64,000 bases of DNA. Origin: Synechococcus sp. Its GTDB lineage: Bacteria; Cyanobacteriota; Cyanobacteriia; PCC-6307; Cyanobiaceae. This document shows positions 12,828 through 23,014 of the stretch, in pieces. Within the stretch, counting starts at the first letter, position 1. Every line of letters starts with the position of its first letter. Made by a program: the position numbers and the translations under genes. Under the pieces are notes generated by a model. That model ran no database searches, was not told where the DNA came from, and saw only the letters and a program-made list of their open reading frames with translations. Location of the stretch: the NCBI GenBank assembly GCA_047285305.1, contig JBJBDL010000003.1, positions 96,001-160,000 of the forward strand, given 5' to 3'.

Positions 12828-13403
12828 ATGCCCCTGGCCTTTGAAGCCAGTCAAAAGCTTGATCTGTCTGTCCGAACCGGCGCAGAGCGGCTTCCCACTT
12901 ACCTGCTGGAGGAGGAGCGTGTCCTTGGAGCCTTGCTGGACGCCAAACAGCTCACCCACCTGCAGCCAGGGCGTTACCGCTATGTGGTCACCAGCCTGCA
13001 GGTCTTCCAGCTCCACGTGAAACCAGTGGTGTCCCTCCAGATCCACATGGAAGGCAACACACTGGTGATGCAGGCCCTCGACTGCGAATTGGAGGGCCTG
13101 GGGATCGTTGACGACTTCGCCCTGAACCTGGAAGCACGGCTGACGTCCACAGCCGACGGACTTCAGGGACATGCCCATCTGTCGGTGAGCGTCAGCCAGC
13201 CATCGCTGCTCAAGCTGATCCCCAAACGGGTGTTGGAATCGACGGGCGAATCAATCCTGAGTGGCATCCTCATCGGCATCAAAGCCCGGGTTGGCCAGCA
13301 GCTGATCGACGACTACCGAAGCTGGTGCCGTGAAACCGACGGGCGAGGCTCAACCGAGCAGACGCTTCAAGAACGTATGCCGATGCAGGGGAGTGGGGCC
13401 TGA
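12828..13403 (+). CDS. DUF1997 family protein
   Basis: [13 protein letters not shown]...[14 protein letters not shown] resembles the cyanobacterial DUF1997 family. Alternative start at 12807. Confidence 0.7.
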   Translation: MPLAFEASQKLDLSVRTGAERLPTYLLEEERVLGALLDAKQLTHLQPGRYRYVVTSLQVFQLHVKPVVSLQIHMEGNTLVMQALDCELEGLGIVDDFALNLEARLTSTADGLQGHAHLSVSVSQPSLLKLIPKRVLESTGESILSGILIGIKARVGQQLIDDYRSWCRETDGRGSTEQTLQERMPMQGSGA

Positions 13404-13949
13404 GACCATCAAGCTCTGACGATGTTGCGAAGTGCCGTAGCCCGCATGGCGCTCGAGGCCGTAACCAGGGAAGCGAGCCGATAAGCGCCGGATGAGTGCA
13501 TCCCTGGCCTCTTTGGCCAGAACACTCGCCGCAGCAATGGCCGGTGATCTGCTGTCCCCTGCTATCACCGTGCGCTGCGGGCCCTGCCACAGCCGAAGGG
13601 GAAGATTGCCATCCACCAGCACGAGCCCAGGGCTCTGCGGCAATCGCTGCAGAGCCCGCAACATGGCGCGTTCAGTGGCAACGCGGATGCCGCAGGCGTC
13701 AATTTCGCGCGCTGACGCCTGGCCCAAACCGGATGCCACACACAGCGACCGAATCACGGGGACCAGAGCAGCCCGACGCTTGGCTGACAGTTTTTTGCTA
13801 TCGGTAAGCCCTGCCTTCAACAGACACTCCGCCGCTGATCCTTCGAGCACCACAGCGGCCGCAAAGACAGGACCGAACAAGCAACCTCGACCGACTTCAT
13901 CCACACCAGCCACGTCCCTCCCGAGAGGGAGGGACTCCTGCGCAGTCAT
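13350..13949 (-). CDS. rnhB: Ribonuclease HII
   Basis: [24 protein letters not shown] and GYGT motifs; directly follows rne as in other cyanobacteria. Confidence 0.96.
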   Translation of the reverse strand: MTAQESLPLGRDVAGVDEVGRGCLFGPVFAAAVVLEGSAAECLLKAGLTDSKKLSAKRRAALVPVIRSLCVASGLGQASAREIDACGIRVATERAMLRALQRLPQSPGLVLVDGNLPLRLWQGPQRTVIAGDSRSPAIAAASVLAKEARDALIRRLSARFPGYGLERHAGYGTSQHRQSLMVSGPTPLHRHTFLKRLLG

Positions 13950-13954
13950 CCTGC

Positions 13955-15895
13955 TCAGACCGTGGCGACAGCCGAGGAGCGGCGACGGCGACGGCGAGGC
14001 TCTTCAGGCTCAGCTGTTTCCACCACCGCCACAGGCTCGGGCTCAGCCGGTTCGCTGATGGGGTCCGGTTCTGGTTCGGTGATCGTCAGGTTGGTCACCG
14101 CCTCCAAGGGGGTGATCTCAACCATCAGGGGAGCCGAATCATCCGGGATGGATGAGGTAACAACAGCGGGCGTCTCAGCGGAGGGGCTCGCAGTGGGCTG
14201 ACTCGCCCCATTGCGTGAGCCTGAACGACCGCCCCGTCCGCCGCGACGACGGCGCCGTCCGGAGCTGGCCGCCAATTGCTGACGCGCCTCCTCCAGCACC
14301 TCCTGCTCGTCCTCGCCAGGGCGCACGACCCGGACCACGACATTGTCGGATGCAGGGGGCTCTTCCAGCAAAAGGGCAGGGTTCAACCCCAGCCAACCAA
14401 ACAATTGCTGTTGCTCGTCCGTCATCGGGACGGCAACCAATTCAGGGTCCTGACGACGAGCTGTCGCAGGCTCCTGAGCCTCTTGGGTCGAGACCTCAGG
14501 GGCAGTGGTGTCGGACGTCTCGACCGGAAGAACGGCATCCTGACTGCCGCGCCCTCGACCACCGCGCCGCCGCCGGCCATTGCCACCATTTTCTCCAGGC
14601 GCAACAACTTCGGCGCGGGCAGAGGCCGCCGAGCGAACCAATCCCGTTGCCGTCGCGAGAGGTTGAAGCAGGTCTTTGCCGGGGAGAACGGCCACATGGC
14701 CCAGACCACCACAGCTGGGGCAAGCCCGACCGAACAGTTCATAGATGTTCTGCCCTTGACGCTTGCGGGTGAGTTCCACCAGGCCCAGTTCGCTGAGCTG
14801 TGCGATCTGCGGGCGGGCTGAGTCGTCACGGACGGCTGTCGTGAAATGCTCCAGCAGCTGGAGCTGATCACGACGGGAATCCATATCGATGAAGTCGATG
14901 ATGATCACCCCACCGATGTTGCGAAGCTTGAGCTGGCGAGCAATTTCGATCGCCGCCTCACAGTTGGTCCACAGAACGGTTTCGCGCGCATTGGCCGATC
15001 GTGTGAACGAGCCCGAGTTCACATCGATCACCGTGAGCGCTTCGGTGGGCTCGATGATCACGTAGCCACCTGACGGCAGATCAACCCTTGGCTTCAGCGC
15101 ATCGCGGATGGCGGCATTGACCTTGTAATGCTCCAGCAACTCGCTGGGTTCGCTGTGCGCTTCTACCAGCACATTGCCGGCTTCGGCACCAAGGAAACTG
15201 CTCACACGGCCCACAGCGGCGGCATCCTCCACCACAACCCGGGCCAGATCTGGGCCCATGTGGTCCCGCAGAATCCGATGGATGAAGTCTTCGTCGCGGT
15301 TGAGCAGCACCGGAGGTACTGCCGTTTCAGCGGCTTGCTGAATCGCCTCCCACTGGCGCAGCAAGGATTCCAGATCCTCAATCAACAGCTCTTCGCTGAT
15401 GCCGTCGGCCTCCGTACGGATCAGCAAACCGGCTCCAGGCGGCTTGATCAGAACACCAAGGGCACGCAGTCGGTTCCGTTCTGCATCGGAACTGATGCGC
15501 CGGGAAATATTGACCCCCTGGCCATGGGGCTGAAGCACCAGATAGCGACCTGGCAGAGCCAAATTTCCCGTCAACCGTGGGCCTTTGGTGCCGGTCGGTT
15601 CTTTCATCACCTGAACCAGAACCTTTTGGCGAGGCTCAAGAAGTTCAGTGATCCCGGCTGAGCCTTTCTTCAGACGCAGCGGCCCAAGATCGGTGACATG
15701 GATGAACCCATTTTTCTCACTCTCACCAATATTGACGAAGGCAGCATCAATGCCCGGCAGAACATTTTCAACCGTTCCTAAATAGACATCTCCGATCTGA
15801 TAACGACCCTGCGCGACGATGAGTTCATCAACACGTTCATCGGTCAGCACTGCTGCGATGCGCAGCTGCTCCGCGATGACAATTTGCTGGGGCAT
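13955..15895 (-). CDS. rne: Ribonuclease E
   Basis: S1 domain (AAFVNIG), IDVNSG, DFIDM, Zn-link CPSCGG and the C-terminal cyanobacterial RRRRRRSSA motif. Confidence 0.97.
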   Translation of the reverse strand: MPQQIVIAEQLRIAAVLTDERVDELIVAQGRYQIGDVYLGTVENVLPGIDAAFVNIGESEKNGFIHVTDLGPLRLKKGSAGITELLEPRQKVLVQVMKEPTGTKGPRLTGNLALPGRYLVLQPHGQGVNISRRISSDAERNRLRALGVLIKPPGAGLLIRTEADGISEELLIEDLESLLRQWEAIQQAAETAVPPVLLNRDEDFIHRILRDHMGPDLARVVVEDAAAVGRVSSFLGAEAGNVLVEAHSEPSELLEHYKVNAAIRDALKPRVDLPSGGYVIIEPTEALTVIDVNSGSFTRSANARETVLWTNCEAAIEIARQLKLRNIGGVIIIDFIDMDSRRDQLQLLEHFTTAVRDDSARPQIAQLSELGLVELTRKRQGQNIYELFGRACPSCGGLGHVAVLPGKDLLQPLATATGLVRSAASARAEVVAPGENGGNGRRRRGGRGRGSQDAVLPVETSDTTAPEVSTQEAQEPATARRQDPELVAVPMTDEQQQLFGWLGLNPALLLEEPPASDNVVVRVVRPGEDEQEVLEEARQQLAASSGRRRRRGGRGGRSGSRNGASQPTASPSAETPAVVTSSIPDDSAPLMVEITPLEAVTNLTITEPEPDPISEPAEPEPVAVVETAEPEEPRRRRRRSSAVATV

Positions 15896-16152
15896 AAGAG
15901 GACTGGTTGAGCCCGATTGAGGGCCAAATCCGTTGAGGAACCTGCCGGTTCTCCCTCACGGGTTGATTAAAAGATCTGAGCTGGTCAGCAAGACCAAAAG
16001 GTTGCGGAGCAAAAACTCCTATGACTCAGGCTTGGGGGTTCCAAAAAAGACCGCCATTCAAGCCGTGATGTGGACCTCGATATCCGTGTTGGATCAGACA
16101 AGACCGGAGCAAGGTTGGTCCCGACGGACGAAACACTTGTTCTGTAGCCAAA

Positions 16153-18789
16153 TTAGCACTGCGTACTGAGGAGCAGGGCCTCTCGCGCCAAGCGTTGGAC
16201 CTGCAAGGGCTGACCAACGGTCTCAGCCAGCCAGTGCTGAATCTGAGCAGGGCGCAAGCTTCGACCCATCTCGTCAACCGCCGCTTCCAAGCGAAGCCGA
16301 ACAGATCCATTGGCGTTCTGATCCATCACCTGCAGCGCCTTCAACGCGGGGCGGCAATCCCGCTCCCGAGGGCGGCCCTTTTTATCGGTGTCGTTCCACA
16401 CCAAGGTTGTTGCCTGCAGGAGCTGATCCACCGCCGCATTCCAATCCGATGGCATCGGGGCCTGCTCCTGTGGCATGAGATCAAAACACCAAACGGCACC
16501 CGTCAGTTCTTGGGAGAGGCTTTTGCCGCTGACGGGAACCTCGGCTACCGCCAGCAGCTGGATCCCTTGCGGAAGCAGCGGCTGCAGCGTCTTGCGGAAG
16601 TGGTTGGGCTCCAGGGCCTCGGTGAATTCCAGATCCATCCACTCGCTCTGGGCCTCAGCGCCGAGGGGAAGTGCCAAAGCGATCTGAATCCGCGGCAGTG
16701 GATGAAACCCACCGGTGAAGCTGATCGGGAGAGCACTTCGACGCAGGGCCCGCTCGAGCATGCGCATCAGATCAAGATGGCTGAGCAGCGCCATCGATCC
16801 CGTTTTGGCGAATTGCACGCGGATGCGACACACCCGTTCACTGGGCGGTGCCTGAGTCGGCACCTGGGTTGGCACCTCAGGAGCGGGAACCACCACGTTG
16901 TGCCCGAGATCCGGGCCGCAGACCCCACAACTGCTGCAACCATCAAAAGAGCAGTCGGGTACGACCGCCGCTGCCAGAGCCCGTTGCAGATCGTCCGCCA
17001 GCCAGGCTTTGTCGATGCCGGTGTCGATGTGATCCCAGGGGAGCGGCTGAGCACAGAACGCTTCCAGATCCTCCCGATCCAGCGCAGCCACAGCACTCCA
17101 GCCCCCCACCTCCATCTCCCGGTAACGCCCCTCCAGGCCGGCATCCGCGATAGCTCTGGTCCAGGCGGCGTAGGTGCGATCCAGCGACTCGAACCAGGCA
17201 TCCATGCCGGCACCGGCCCGCCAGGCCGCCTCGATCACCGGGGCAAGGCGCTGATCGCTGCGGCCCACAAAATCCTCCATGGCCGACAGCCGCACATCGG
17301 TGAAATTCACCTTCACGCCGCGCAAACGCCTGAAGGCCTCCTTGAGCAGGGCCTGGCGGCGCTCAAACTCGACCGTGGAGACGCTGTGCCACTGAAAAGG
17401 GGTGTGGGGCTTAGGCGTGAAGTTGCTGATCGTGATGTTCAGGTTCAGCCGACCCAGGTCACGGCAGCGCTGCTGGAGCATCACGCAGGTCTCGGCAATG
17501 CCGAGAACATCGGCATCCGTCTCACCAGGGAGGCCGATCATGAAGTACAGCTTCACCTTGCGATAGCCGTTCTGCATGGCCGTGCGGATGCCGTGCAGCA
17601 GGTCTTCATCGGTGAGGCCCTTATTGACGATGTCGCGGAGCCGCTGTGTTCCGGCCTCCGGGGCGAAGGTGAGACCCGCTTTCCTCGTGCCGCCAAGGAT
17701 GTGGGCAATGTCTTCATCGAAGCGATCCACCCGCTGACTGGGCAGCTGAAGCGTGACGTTCTGATCGGCAAGGCGGTTGCGCAACTCAACTCCCACCGCC
17801 GGCAGCGCCAGATAGTCGCTGCAGCTCAAGGAGAGCAGCGAGAAATCGCTGTAGCCCGTTTGTTTCATGCCGGTCTCCACCGCCTCGATCACGGCCTCGG
17901 GTTCCACATCCCGAGCCGGACGCGTCAACATTCCTGGCTGGCAGAAGCGACAACCCCGGGTGCAACCGCGGCGAATCTCCACCGTGAGACGGTCATGCAC
18001 CGTTTCCACATGTGGCACAAGACCCATGGCGTAGTGGGGCATTGGCGTCGCCACACGGCGAAGAACCCGCGCTGGAAGATCGGGGTGAAGCGGCTCAAGG
18101 GTGACCCCATCGGCGCCCGTTTCATAGAGCGCAGGCACGTAAACGCCGGGAACCTGGGCCAGATCCCGCAGCAATTGCGATCGCGTCAATCCATCCGCTT
18201 TGGCTTGCGCCACCACCAGACCGATTTCGGGCAACAGCTCCTCACCGTCACCCAAAGCGATGAAGTCGAAGAACGGGGCATAGGGCTCTGGATTGCTGGT
18301 GGCGGTGGGCCCGCCAGCGAAAATCAGAGGAGGTGCTGCAGGATCACTCAGGGGCAAGTCGCCCCGATCAGCGGCGCGGATGGGCACCTGCGCGAGGTCC
18401 AGCATCTCAAGGATGTTGGTGGCGCCCAGTTCGTAACTTAGGCTGAAACCCAGGATGTCGAAGGCTGGCAAGGGCCGACGGCTTTCCACGGCAAACAACG
18501 CCTGGGAGCGTTCCCGCAAGCGGCCTGCCAGATCAGCCGCCGGAAGATAGGCGCGATCACACAACTGCCCTGGGACGGCATTGAGGATCGAATAAAGAAT
18601 GATGTGGCCCAGGTTGCTGGAGCCAACCTCATAAATCTCGGGGTAGGTGAGCGCCCAGCGAACCGACGCTGTCAGCCAGTCCCGTGGTTCAACCCCTAAC
18701 TCGTGCCCCATGTAGCGGGCCGGTTTGTTGATGCCGCTGTCCACAAGGGCATGAAAATCAACCGGGTGATACAGGGATGAGGCGACCAC
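16153..18789 (-). CDS. TIGR03960-type B12-binding radical SAM protein fused to a TIGR03936 (DUF2344) domain
   Basis: KPARYMGHE, YPEIYEVG, GCTRGCRFC, LPWDHID, PDCSFDGCSSCGVC, then SHLDLMR...GGFHPLPR. GTG start at 18789 is likely; the ORF is open to 18840. Confidence 0.88.
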   Translation of the reverse strand: MVASSLYHPVDFHALVDSGINKPARYMGHELGVEPRDWLTASVRWALTYPEIYEVGSSNLGHIILYSILNAVPGQLCDRAYLPAADLAGRLRERSQALFAVESRRPLPAFDILGFSLSYELGATNILEMLDLAQVPIRAADRGDLPLSDPAAPPLIFAGGPTATSNPEPYAPFFDFIALGDGEELLPEIGLVVAQAKADGLTRSQLLRDLAQVPGVYVPALYETGADGVTLEPLHPDLPARVLRRVATPMPHYAMGLVPHVETVHDRLTVEIRRGCTRGCRFCQPGMLTRPARDVEPEAVIEAVETGMKQTGYSDFSLLSLSCSDYLALPAVGVELRNRLADQNVTLQLPSQRVDRFDEDIAHILGGTRKAGLTFAPEAGTQRLRDIVNKGLTDEDLLHGIRTAMQNGYRKVKLYFMIGLPGETDADVLGIAETCVMLQQRCRDLGRLNLNITISNFTPKPHTPFQWHSVSTVEFERRQALLKEAFRRLRGVKVNFTDVRLSAMEDFVGRSDQRLAPVIEAAWRAGAGMDAWFESLDRTYAAWTRAIADAGLEGRYREMEVGGWSAVAALDREDLEAFCAQPLPWDHIDTGIDKAWLADDLQRALAAAVVPDCSFDGCSSCGVCGPDLGHNVVVPAPEVPTQVPTQAPPSERVCRIRVQFAKTGSMALLSHLDLMRMLERALRRSALPISFTGGFHPLPRIQIALALPLGAEAQSEWMDLEFTEALEPNHFRKTLQPLLPQGIQLLAVAEVPVSGKSLSQELTGAVWCFDLMPQEQAPMPSDWNAAVDQLLQATTLVWNDTDKKGRPRERDCRPALKALQVMDQNANGSVRLRLEAAVDEMGRSLRPAQIQHWLAETVGQPLQVQRLAREALLLSTQC

Positions 18790-18869
18790 GTCGGATGTCC
18801 TGACTCCTGAGGTAATCGTATGGAGCTGCCGACACGGCAAGATGCCCGGCAGAAATAGCTTCCGATTCC

Positions 18870-20096
18870 GTGGTTCAGGTCAACGGCAATTACCTCAAGC
18901 TCAAGGCGGGCTACCTGTTCCCTGAGATCGGTCGACGTGTCAAAGCGTTCAGCAGCGCCAATCCCGACGCAGCGCTAATCCGCCTGGGCATCGGTGATGT
19001 CACGGAGCCCCTGCCTCTAGCCTGCCGTGAAGCCATGAAAACCGCTATCGATGCGATGGGCACCGCCGAAGGCTTCCACGGCTATGGCCCGGAACAGGGC
19101 TACGGCTGGTTGCGGGAGGCCATCGCCAAAAACGACTTCCAAGCCCGAGGCTGCGATATCAGTGCCGAGGAAATTTTTGTTTCCGACGGCTCCAAGTGCG
19201 ACAGCAGCAACATCCTCGACATCCTCGGCGAGGGCAACAAGGTGGCCGTCACGGACCCCGTCTATCCGGTGTACGTGGACAGCAACGTGATGGCTGGCCG
19301 CACCGGGGAAGCCGGAGAGATCGGTCGCTATGCGGGACTGACCTACCTACCAATCAGCGCGGACAATGGCTTTGCAGCGCAGATTCCCAGTGAACCGGTC
19401 GACCTGATCTACCTCTGCTTCCCCAATAACCCGACCGGTGCCGTCGCCACCCGGGAACAACTCCAGGCCTGGGTGAACTACGCCCGCGCCAATGGCGCAC
19501 TGATCCTCTTCGATGCTGCCTATGAGGCCTTCATCCAGGATCCGGAACTCCCCCACTCCATCTTCGAGATCGAAGGAGCCCGGGACTGTGCCATCGAATT
19601 CCGTTCCTTCTCCAAAAACGCTGGCTTCACCGGCACCCGCTGTGCCTTCACCGTGGTGCCCAAAGGGCTGAAAGGCAAAGCGGCCAACGGCGAAGCGGTG
19701 GAACTCTGGGGGCTGTGGAACCGACGTCAGAGCACCAAGTTCAACGGTGTGAGCTACATCATTCAGCGTGGAGCTGAGGCTGTTTACTCCGAAGCCGGTC
19801 AGGCGGAGGTGAAGGCCTTGGTGAGCTTCTACATGGAGAACGCCGCGATCATTCGCCGCGAACTCAGTGCTGCAGGCCTCTCCGTCTATGGCGGCGAACA
19901 CGCTCCCTACGTCTGGATCAAGACCCCTGAGGGCATGGACTCCTGGGGCTTCTTCGACCATCTGCTCAATAAAGCCAACGTGGTGGGTACACCCGGCAGC
20001 GGTTTCGGCGCCGCTGGCGAGGGGTATTTCCGCTTGTCGGCCTTCAACAGCCGCGCCAATGTGGATGAAGCCATGGCTCGCATCAAGGCGCTGTGA
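18870..20096 (+). CDS. dapL: LL-diaminopimelate aminotransferase
   Basis: [30 protein letters not shown] and [13 protein letters not shown] (PLP Lys). Confidence 0.96.
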   Translation: MVQVNGNYLKLKAGYLFPEIGRRVKAFSSANPDAALIRLGIGDVTEPLPLACREAMKTAIDAMGTAEGFHGYGPEQGYGWLREAIAKNDFQARGCDISAEEIFVSDGSKCDSSNILDILGEGNKVAVTDPVYPVYVDSNVMAGRTGEAGEIGRYAGLTYLPISADNGFAAQIPSEPVDLIYLCFPNNPTGAVATREQLQAWVNYARANGALILFDAAYEAFIQDPELPHSIFEIEGARDCAIEFRSFSKNAGFTGTRCAFTVVPKGLKGKAANGEAVELWGLWNRRQSTKFNGVSYIIQRGAEAVYSEAGQAEVKALVSFYMENAAIIRRELSAAGLSVYGGEHAPYVWIKTPEGMDSWGFFDHLLNKANVVGTPGSGFGAAGEGYFRLSAFNSRANVDEAMARIKAL

Positions 20097-20143
20097 GCCG
20101 CTCCCTCTCCCCAATGCCTTTAGATTCGAAAGGCTTAGGATCA

Positions 20144-20464
20144 ATGGTCATGGCGGCGGAATCTCCAAGCCAAAAACCAGGTGGTGCAGCTGTTCTGGAC
20201 AAAGCGCCAGAGCGGGTCCGCAAGCGTTCGCCTCGCTACAAGGTGCTTCTGCACAACGATCCGGTGAATTCCATGGAATACGTGGTGGCCACCTTGCAGC
20301 AGGTCGTACCTCAACTGAGCGAACAAGACTGCATGGCCGTAATGCTGGAGGCCCACAACACCGGCGTGGGCTTGGTGATCGTGTGCGACATCGAACCGGC
20401 TGAGTTCTATTGCGAGACGCTGAAATCCAAAGGTCTGACAAGCTCCATCGAACCTGAGGAGTGA
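20144..20464 (+). CDS. clpS: ATP-dependent Clp protease adaptor ClpS
   Basis: PRYKVLLHNDPVNSMEYVV...MLEAHNTG. Start at 20144 or 20150. Confidence 0.93.
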   Translation: MVMAAESPSQKPGGAAVLDKAPERVRKRSPRYKVLLHNDPVNSMEYVVATLQQVVPQLSEQDCMAVMLEAHNTGVGLVIVCDIEPAEFYCETLKSKGLTSSIEPEE

Positions 20465-21252
20465 GGCCCTACTGGCGAGGCACTCTTCTGTATCCGGCGT
20501 CATTGGTGGCGTTGTTTCTCAGCTTGCAAGGACTTCTTGGCCTCGCAGGTATTCCCTCGGCTCAGCAGGCTTCTTTAGCGGCGGGCCCCAGCGTTGCAGC
20601 AATGCTGATTTCACTGCCTTGGCGGTTGCGACGGACCTGGGGCGTTGATCGCCCTTGGCAGCAACTTGGAGTGGTTCGACCAGTCGTCAAAGCCCTGCAC
20701 GCATTCCTGCGTGGATTCACAAAAGCCGCAGTCCTTCTTTTCGGAGTGGTTGCTGTCCTTCTGCTCAGCGGAAACGGCCTATGGCAGGGCCAAATCACCA
20801 CAGGTGATCTTGCCAATGCCATTGCCCTAATGCTTCTGGTGGGTTTTGCAGAGGAGCTGCTCTTTCGTGGTTGGCTCTGGGGTGAATTGGAGCTATTGAC
20901 AGGTCGACAGCAGGCGATCGGGATTCAGGCAGCTGTATTCGCCCTGGTACATCCCTGGTACCAGCTGCCTCCCGTCGAAGCCATTGCACTGCTCATGGGC
21001 CTGGTGTTGCTGGGTTTTGCCCTAGCCCTGCAACGCAGAGCCGACAACGGAGTGCTCTGGGGATCCATTGGCCTGCACGGCGGGCTTGTTGGTGGGTGGT
21101 TCGCCCTTCAAGCCGGGCTGATCACCCTGCCTGGAACGAGCCCAACTTGGCTGCTTGGGGCAGGTGGCGCCAATCCCAACCCGATTAGTGGTCTGTTGGG
21201 TTGGGCCGGACTGGGGGGATTCATCCTGATCAGACGCCGATGGTGGCGATGA
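20461..21252 (+). CDS. CPBP (CAAX/Abi) family intramembrane glutamic endopeptidase
   Basis: EELLFRG, FALVH and HGG motifs with multiple transmembrane segments. Confidence 0.87.
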   Translation: MRPYWRGTLLYPASLVALFLSLQGLLGLAGIPSAQQASLAAGPSVAAMLISLPWRLRRTWGVDRPWQQLGVVRPVVKALHAFLRGFTKAAVLLFGVVAVLLLSGNGLWQGQITTGDLANAIALMLLVGFAEELLFRGWLWGELELLTGRQQAIGIQAAVFALVHPWYQLPPVEAIALLMGLVLLGFALALQRRADNGVLWGSIGLHGGLVGGWFALQAGLITLPGTSPTWLLGAGGANPNPISGLLGWAGLGGFILIRRRWWR

Positions 21253-21253
21253 G

Positions 21254-22843
21254 TCAACGTGTCGCCGTTGCCAAGGCCTTGCGGCCCTCTACCGGAGCAC
21301 GAAGAGCCTCCTGAAGCGACGTCACTCCGTAGTCCCGTTCGAGGAGTGACATCACTGTGCGACCGAAATCAGCAGGATTGCGGTCAAAGGCTTCGAGACA
21401 CACACGACCAAAGGTGCTCCCCATCGGCTCGGGGTTCCAGAGAAGTTTTCGCGCTGTCCACGGCATCATGCTCATTGGGTTGTAACCCGGCTTGATCAAA
21501 CCCTGATCGAACCCGTACTGCTCAAGGTGGGTGTGGGGCTGCAAACCGATGAAAAAGATCGCTGGCTCGACCAAATCAGCGCCAAAAATGGCCTCCAGCT
21601 CTCGGTGATAAGCCACGGTCTGGCGGATCGTTTCCGGCCGCTCGTCGATCACGTTGAAGGAGTAATTCACCGAAACGTGATCTCGGAAGCCTGCCTCCGC
21701 CAACATCCGACAACTCTCCAGAACGGTGCGAAGGTTGTAGCCCATGCGCATCTTGCGAACGAGCTCCTGAGAGCCGGATGTAATGCCGATCTCGAAATAG
21801 CTCATGCCCGTCTCCACCATGAGCTGAGCCAATTCGGGATCCAGATTGTCGGCGCGGATGTAGGCGGCCCAACGAATGCCGGTCAGCCCTTCAGCCTTGA
21901 TCGCCCGCAGCAGTTCCTTGGCATCTTCGATGTAGCGCCGCGCGGGTATGAACTGGGCATCGGTGAACCAGAAACCACGAACCCCACGGTCATACAGCTG
22001 TCGCATCTCTTTGACCACCTCATCGACTGGATTGAGGCGCACCTGCTTGCCTTCCACCACCGTGTAGACGCAATAACAACAGTTGTGGGGGCAGCCGCGC
22101 TTGGTCTGAACTCCCACGTAAAAGTCGCCACCTTCGAGATACCAGTCGAGCTGGGGCCAGATCGAAGCGATGTAGTCGTAGTTGCAGGCGGTTTTGGGCC
22201 GACTTTCCGGCTGCTCATGGATCAGGCCTGAACGTGGCTTCTCGCCAACCACGAAGCAACGTTCAGCTTCGAGGGAGTGACCGTGGATCAACTTCTCCAG
22301 CAGCGGCTCACCCTCACCGATGGAAACAACCGTTCCTTTGGGGAGCGACTTGCCGAGTTGCTCGTAAAACACACTGACAGCTCCACCGCCAAGCACTGCT
22401 CTGGCCGCCGGCTGGTGGCGGCGCGCACGTTTCAAGCCTTGACGCACCAGACGCTGGTTCCTGCGAAGCTCGCCGTAATGACTGCTCATTAACTGAAGCC
22501 CACCCAAGGCTCCATGCAGACGCTTCAGAGGGTTACGGGCGTAGAAGACCTCGAACGAATTCTGAAGAGGGTTGCCCCCCCGCCCATCGACCGGCGCGTA
22601 AATCTGGATGTCTCTCCACGAGAACACCAGCAGCGTCGGCTGGAACTGGTCAACAGTGGCGTCCAGCACGCGATGGACATCCAGCACCGGCAGAGCCGCG
22701 AGGTCGAGGATGCGCTGAGGCATCTCCGGGAAGCATTTGTGGAGATGGTCGGCGAGATAGATCGGCCCTATTGGAAAGATCGGATTGCAGGGCAGCCGCA
22801 CCAGCAACACCCGTTCTTGTTGTGGTGCCACGTCAGCTGCCAT
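21254..22843 (-). CDS. B12-binding radical SAM protein, 'photosystem II high light acclimation' family (Slr0320-like)
   Basis: LVRLPCNPIFPIGPIYLADH N-terminus; KRGCPHNCCYC radical SAM motif; FWFTDAQF. Confidence 0.85.
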   Translation of the reverse strand: MAADVAPQQERVLLVRLPCNPIFPIGPIYLADHLHKCFPEMPQRILDLAALPVLDVHRVLDATVDQFQPTLLVFSWRDIQIYAPVDGRGGNPLQNSFEVFYARNPLKRLHGALGGLQLMSSHYGELRRNQRLVRQGLKRARRHQPAARAVLGGGAVSVFYEQLGKSLPKGTVVSIGEGEPLLEKLIHGHSLEAERCFVVGEKPRSGLIHEQPESRPKTACNYDYIASIWPQLDWYLEGGDFYVGVQTKRGCPHNCCYCVYTVVEGKQVRLNPVDEVVKEMRQLYDRGVRGFWFTDAQFIPARRYIEDAKELLRAIKAEGLTGIRWAAYIRADNLDPELAQLMVETGMSYFEIGITSGSQELVRKMRMGYNLRTVLESCRMLAEAGFRDHVSVNYSFNVIDERPETIRQTVAYHRELEAIFGADLVEPAIFFIGLQPHTHLEQYGFDQGLIKPGYNPMSMMPWTARKLLWNPEPMGSTFGRVCLEAFDRNPADFGRTVMSLLERDYGVTSLQEALRAPVEGRKALATATR

Positions 22844-22941
22844 GAGGCTTCCGGGACGCTAACAAGCGCTGCCGCCAAAGGGGCCGAGGACCTCTTGGCA
22901 ACAACTTCATCAAGCCAGCGACACACAGCGCAAACTTCCTT

Positions 22942-22947
22942 TACAAT
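22942..22947 (+). promoter_or_regulatory. Putative -10 box of the psbA promoter (TACAAT)
   Basis: TACAAT about 68 nt upstream of the psbA ATG, just before the 5'UTR hairpins. Confidence 0.55.
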
Positions 22948-22955
22948 CACGATCA

Positions 22956-22998
22956 GGCAGGGCTCTCCTGCCCTTCCTTAAACCGTTCCTTCGGGAAC
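22956..22998 (+). ncRNA. Structured psbA 5'UTR with two hairpins (PhotoRC-I-like cis-regulatory RNA)
   Basis: GGCAGG-gctct-CCTGCC (22956-22972) and GTTCC-ttcg-GGAAC (22985-22998). The location matches the PhotoRC motif described upstream of psbA; Rfam membership is not verified. Confidence 0.5.
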
Positions 22999-23014
22999 AT
23001 TTCTTTCCGTTCTC

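Noticed and set aside
16195..18441. 748-aa ORF on the + strand
   Set aside because: Antisense shadow of the radical SAM gene. It has no recognisable motifs, and long antisense frames are expected from GC-rich codon bias.
20461..21252. Abi-family gene as a phage defence system
   Set aside because: It is a CPBP/CAAX membrane protease coupled to clpS; the 'Abi' label for this family does not imply abortive infection.
22930..22957. HLR1 (RpaB) site at the psbA promoter
   Set aside because: Only one half-site (TTTACAAT) is present, with no matching direct repeat at the expected spacing.
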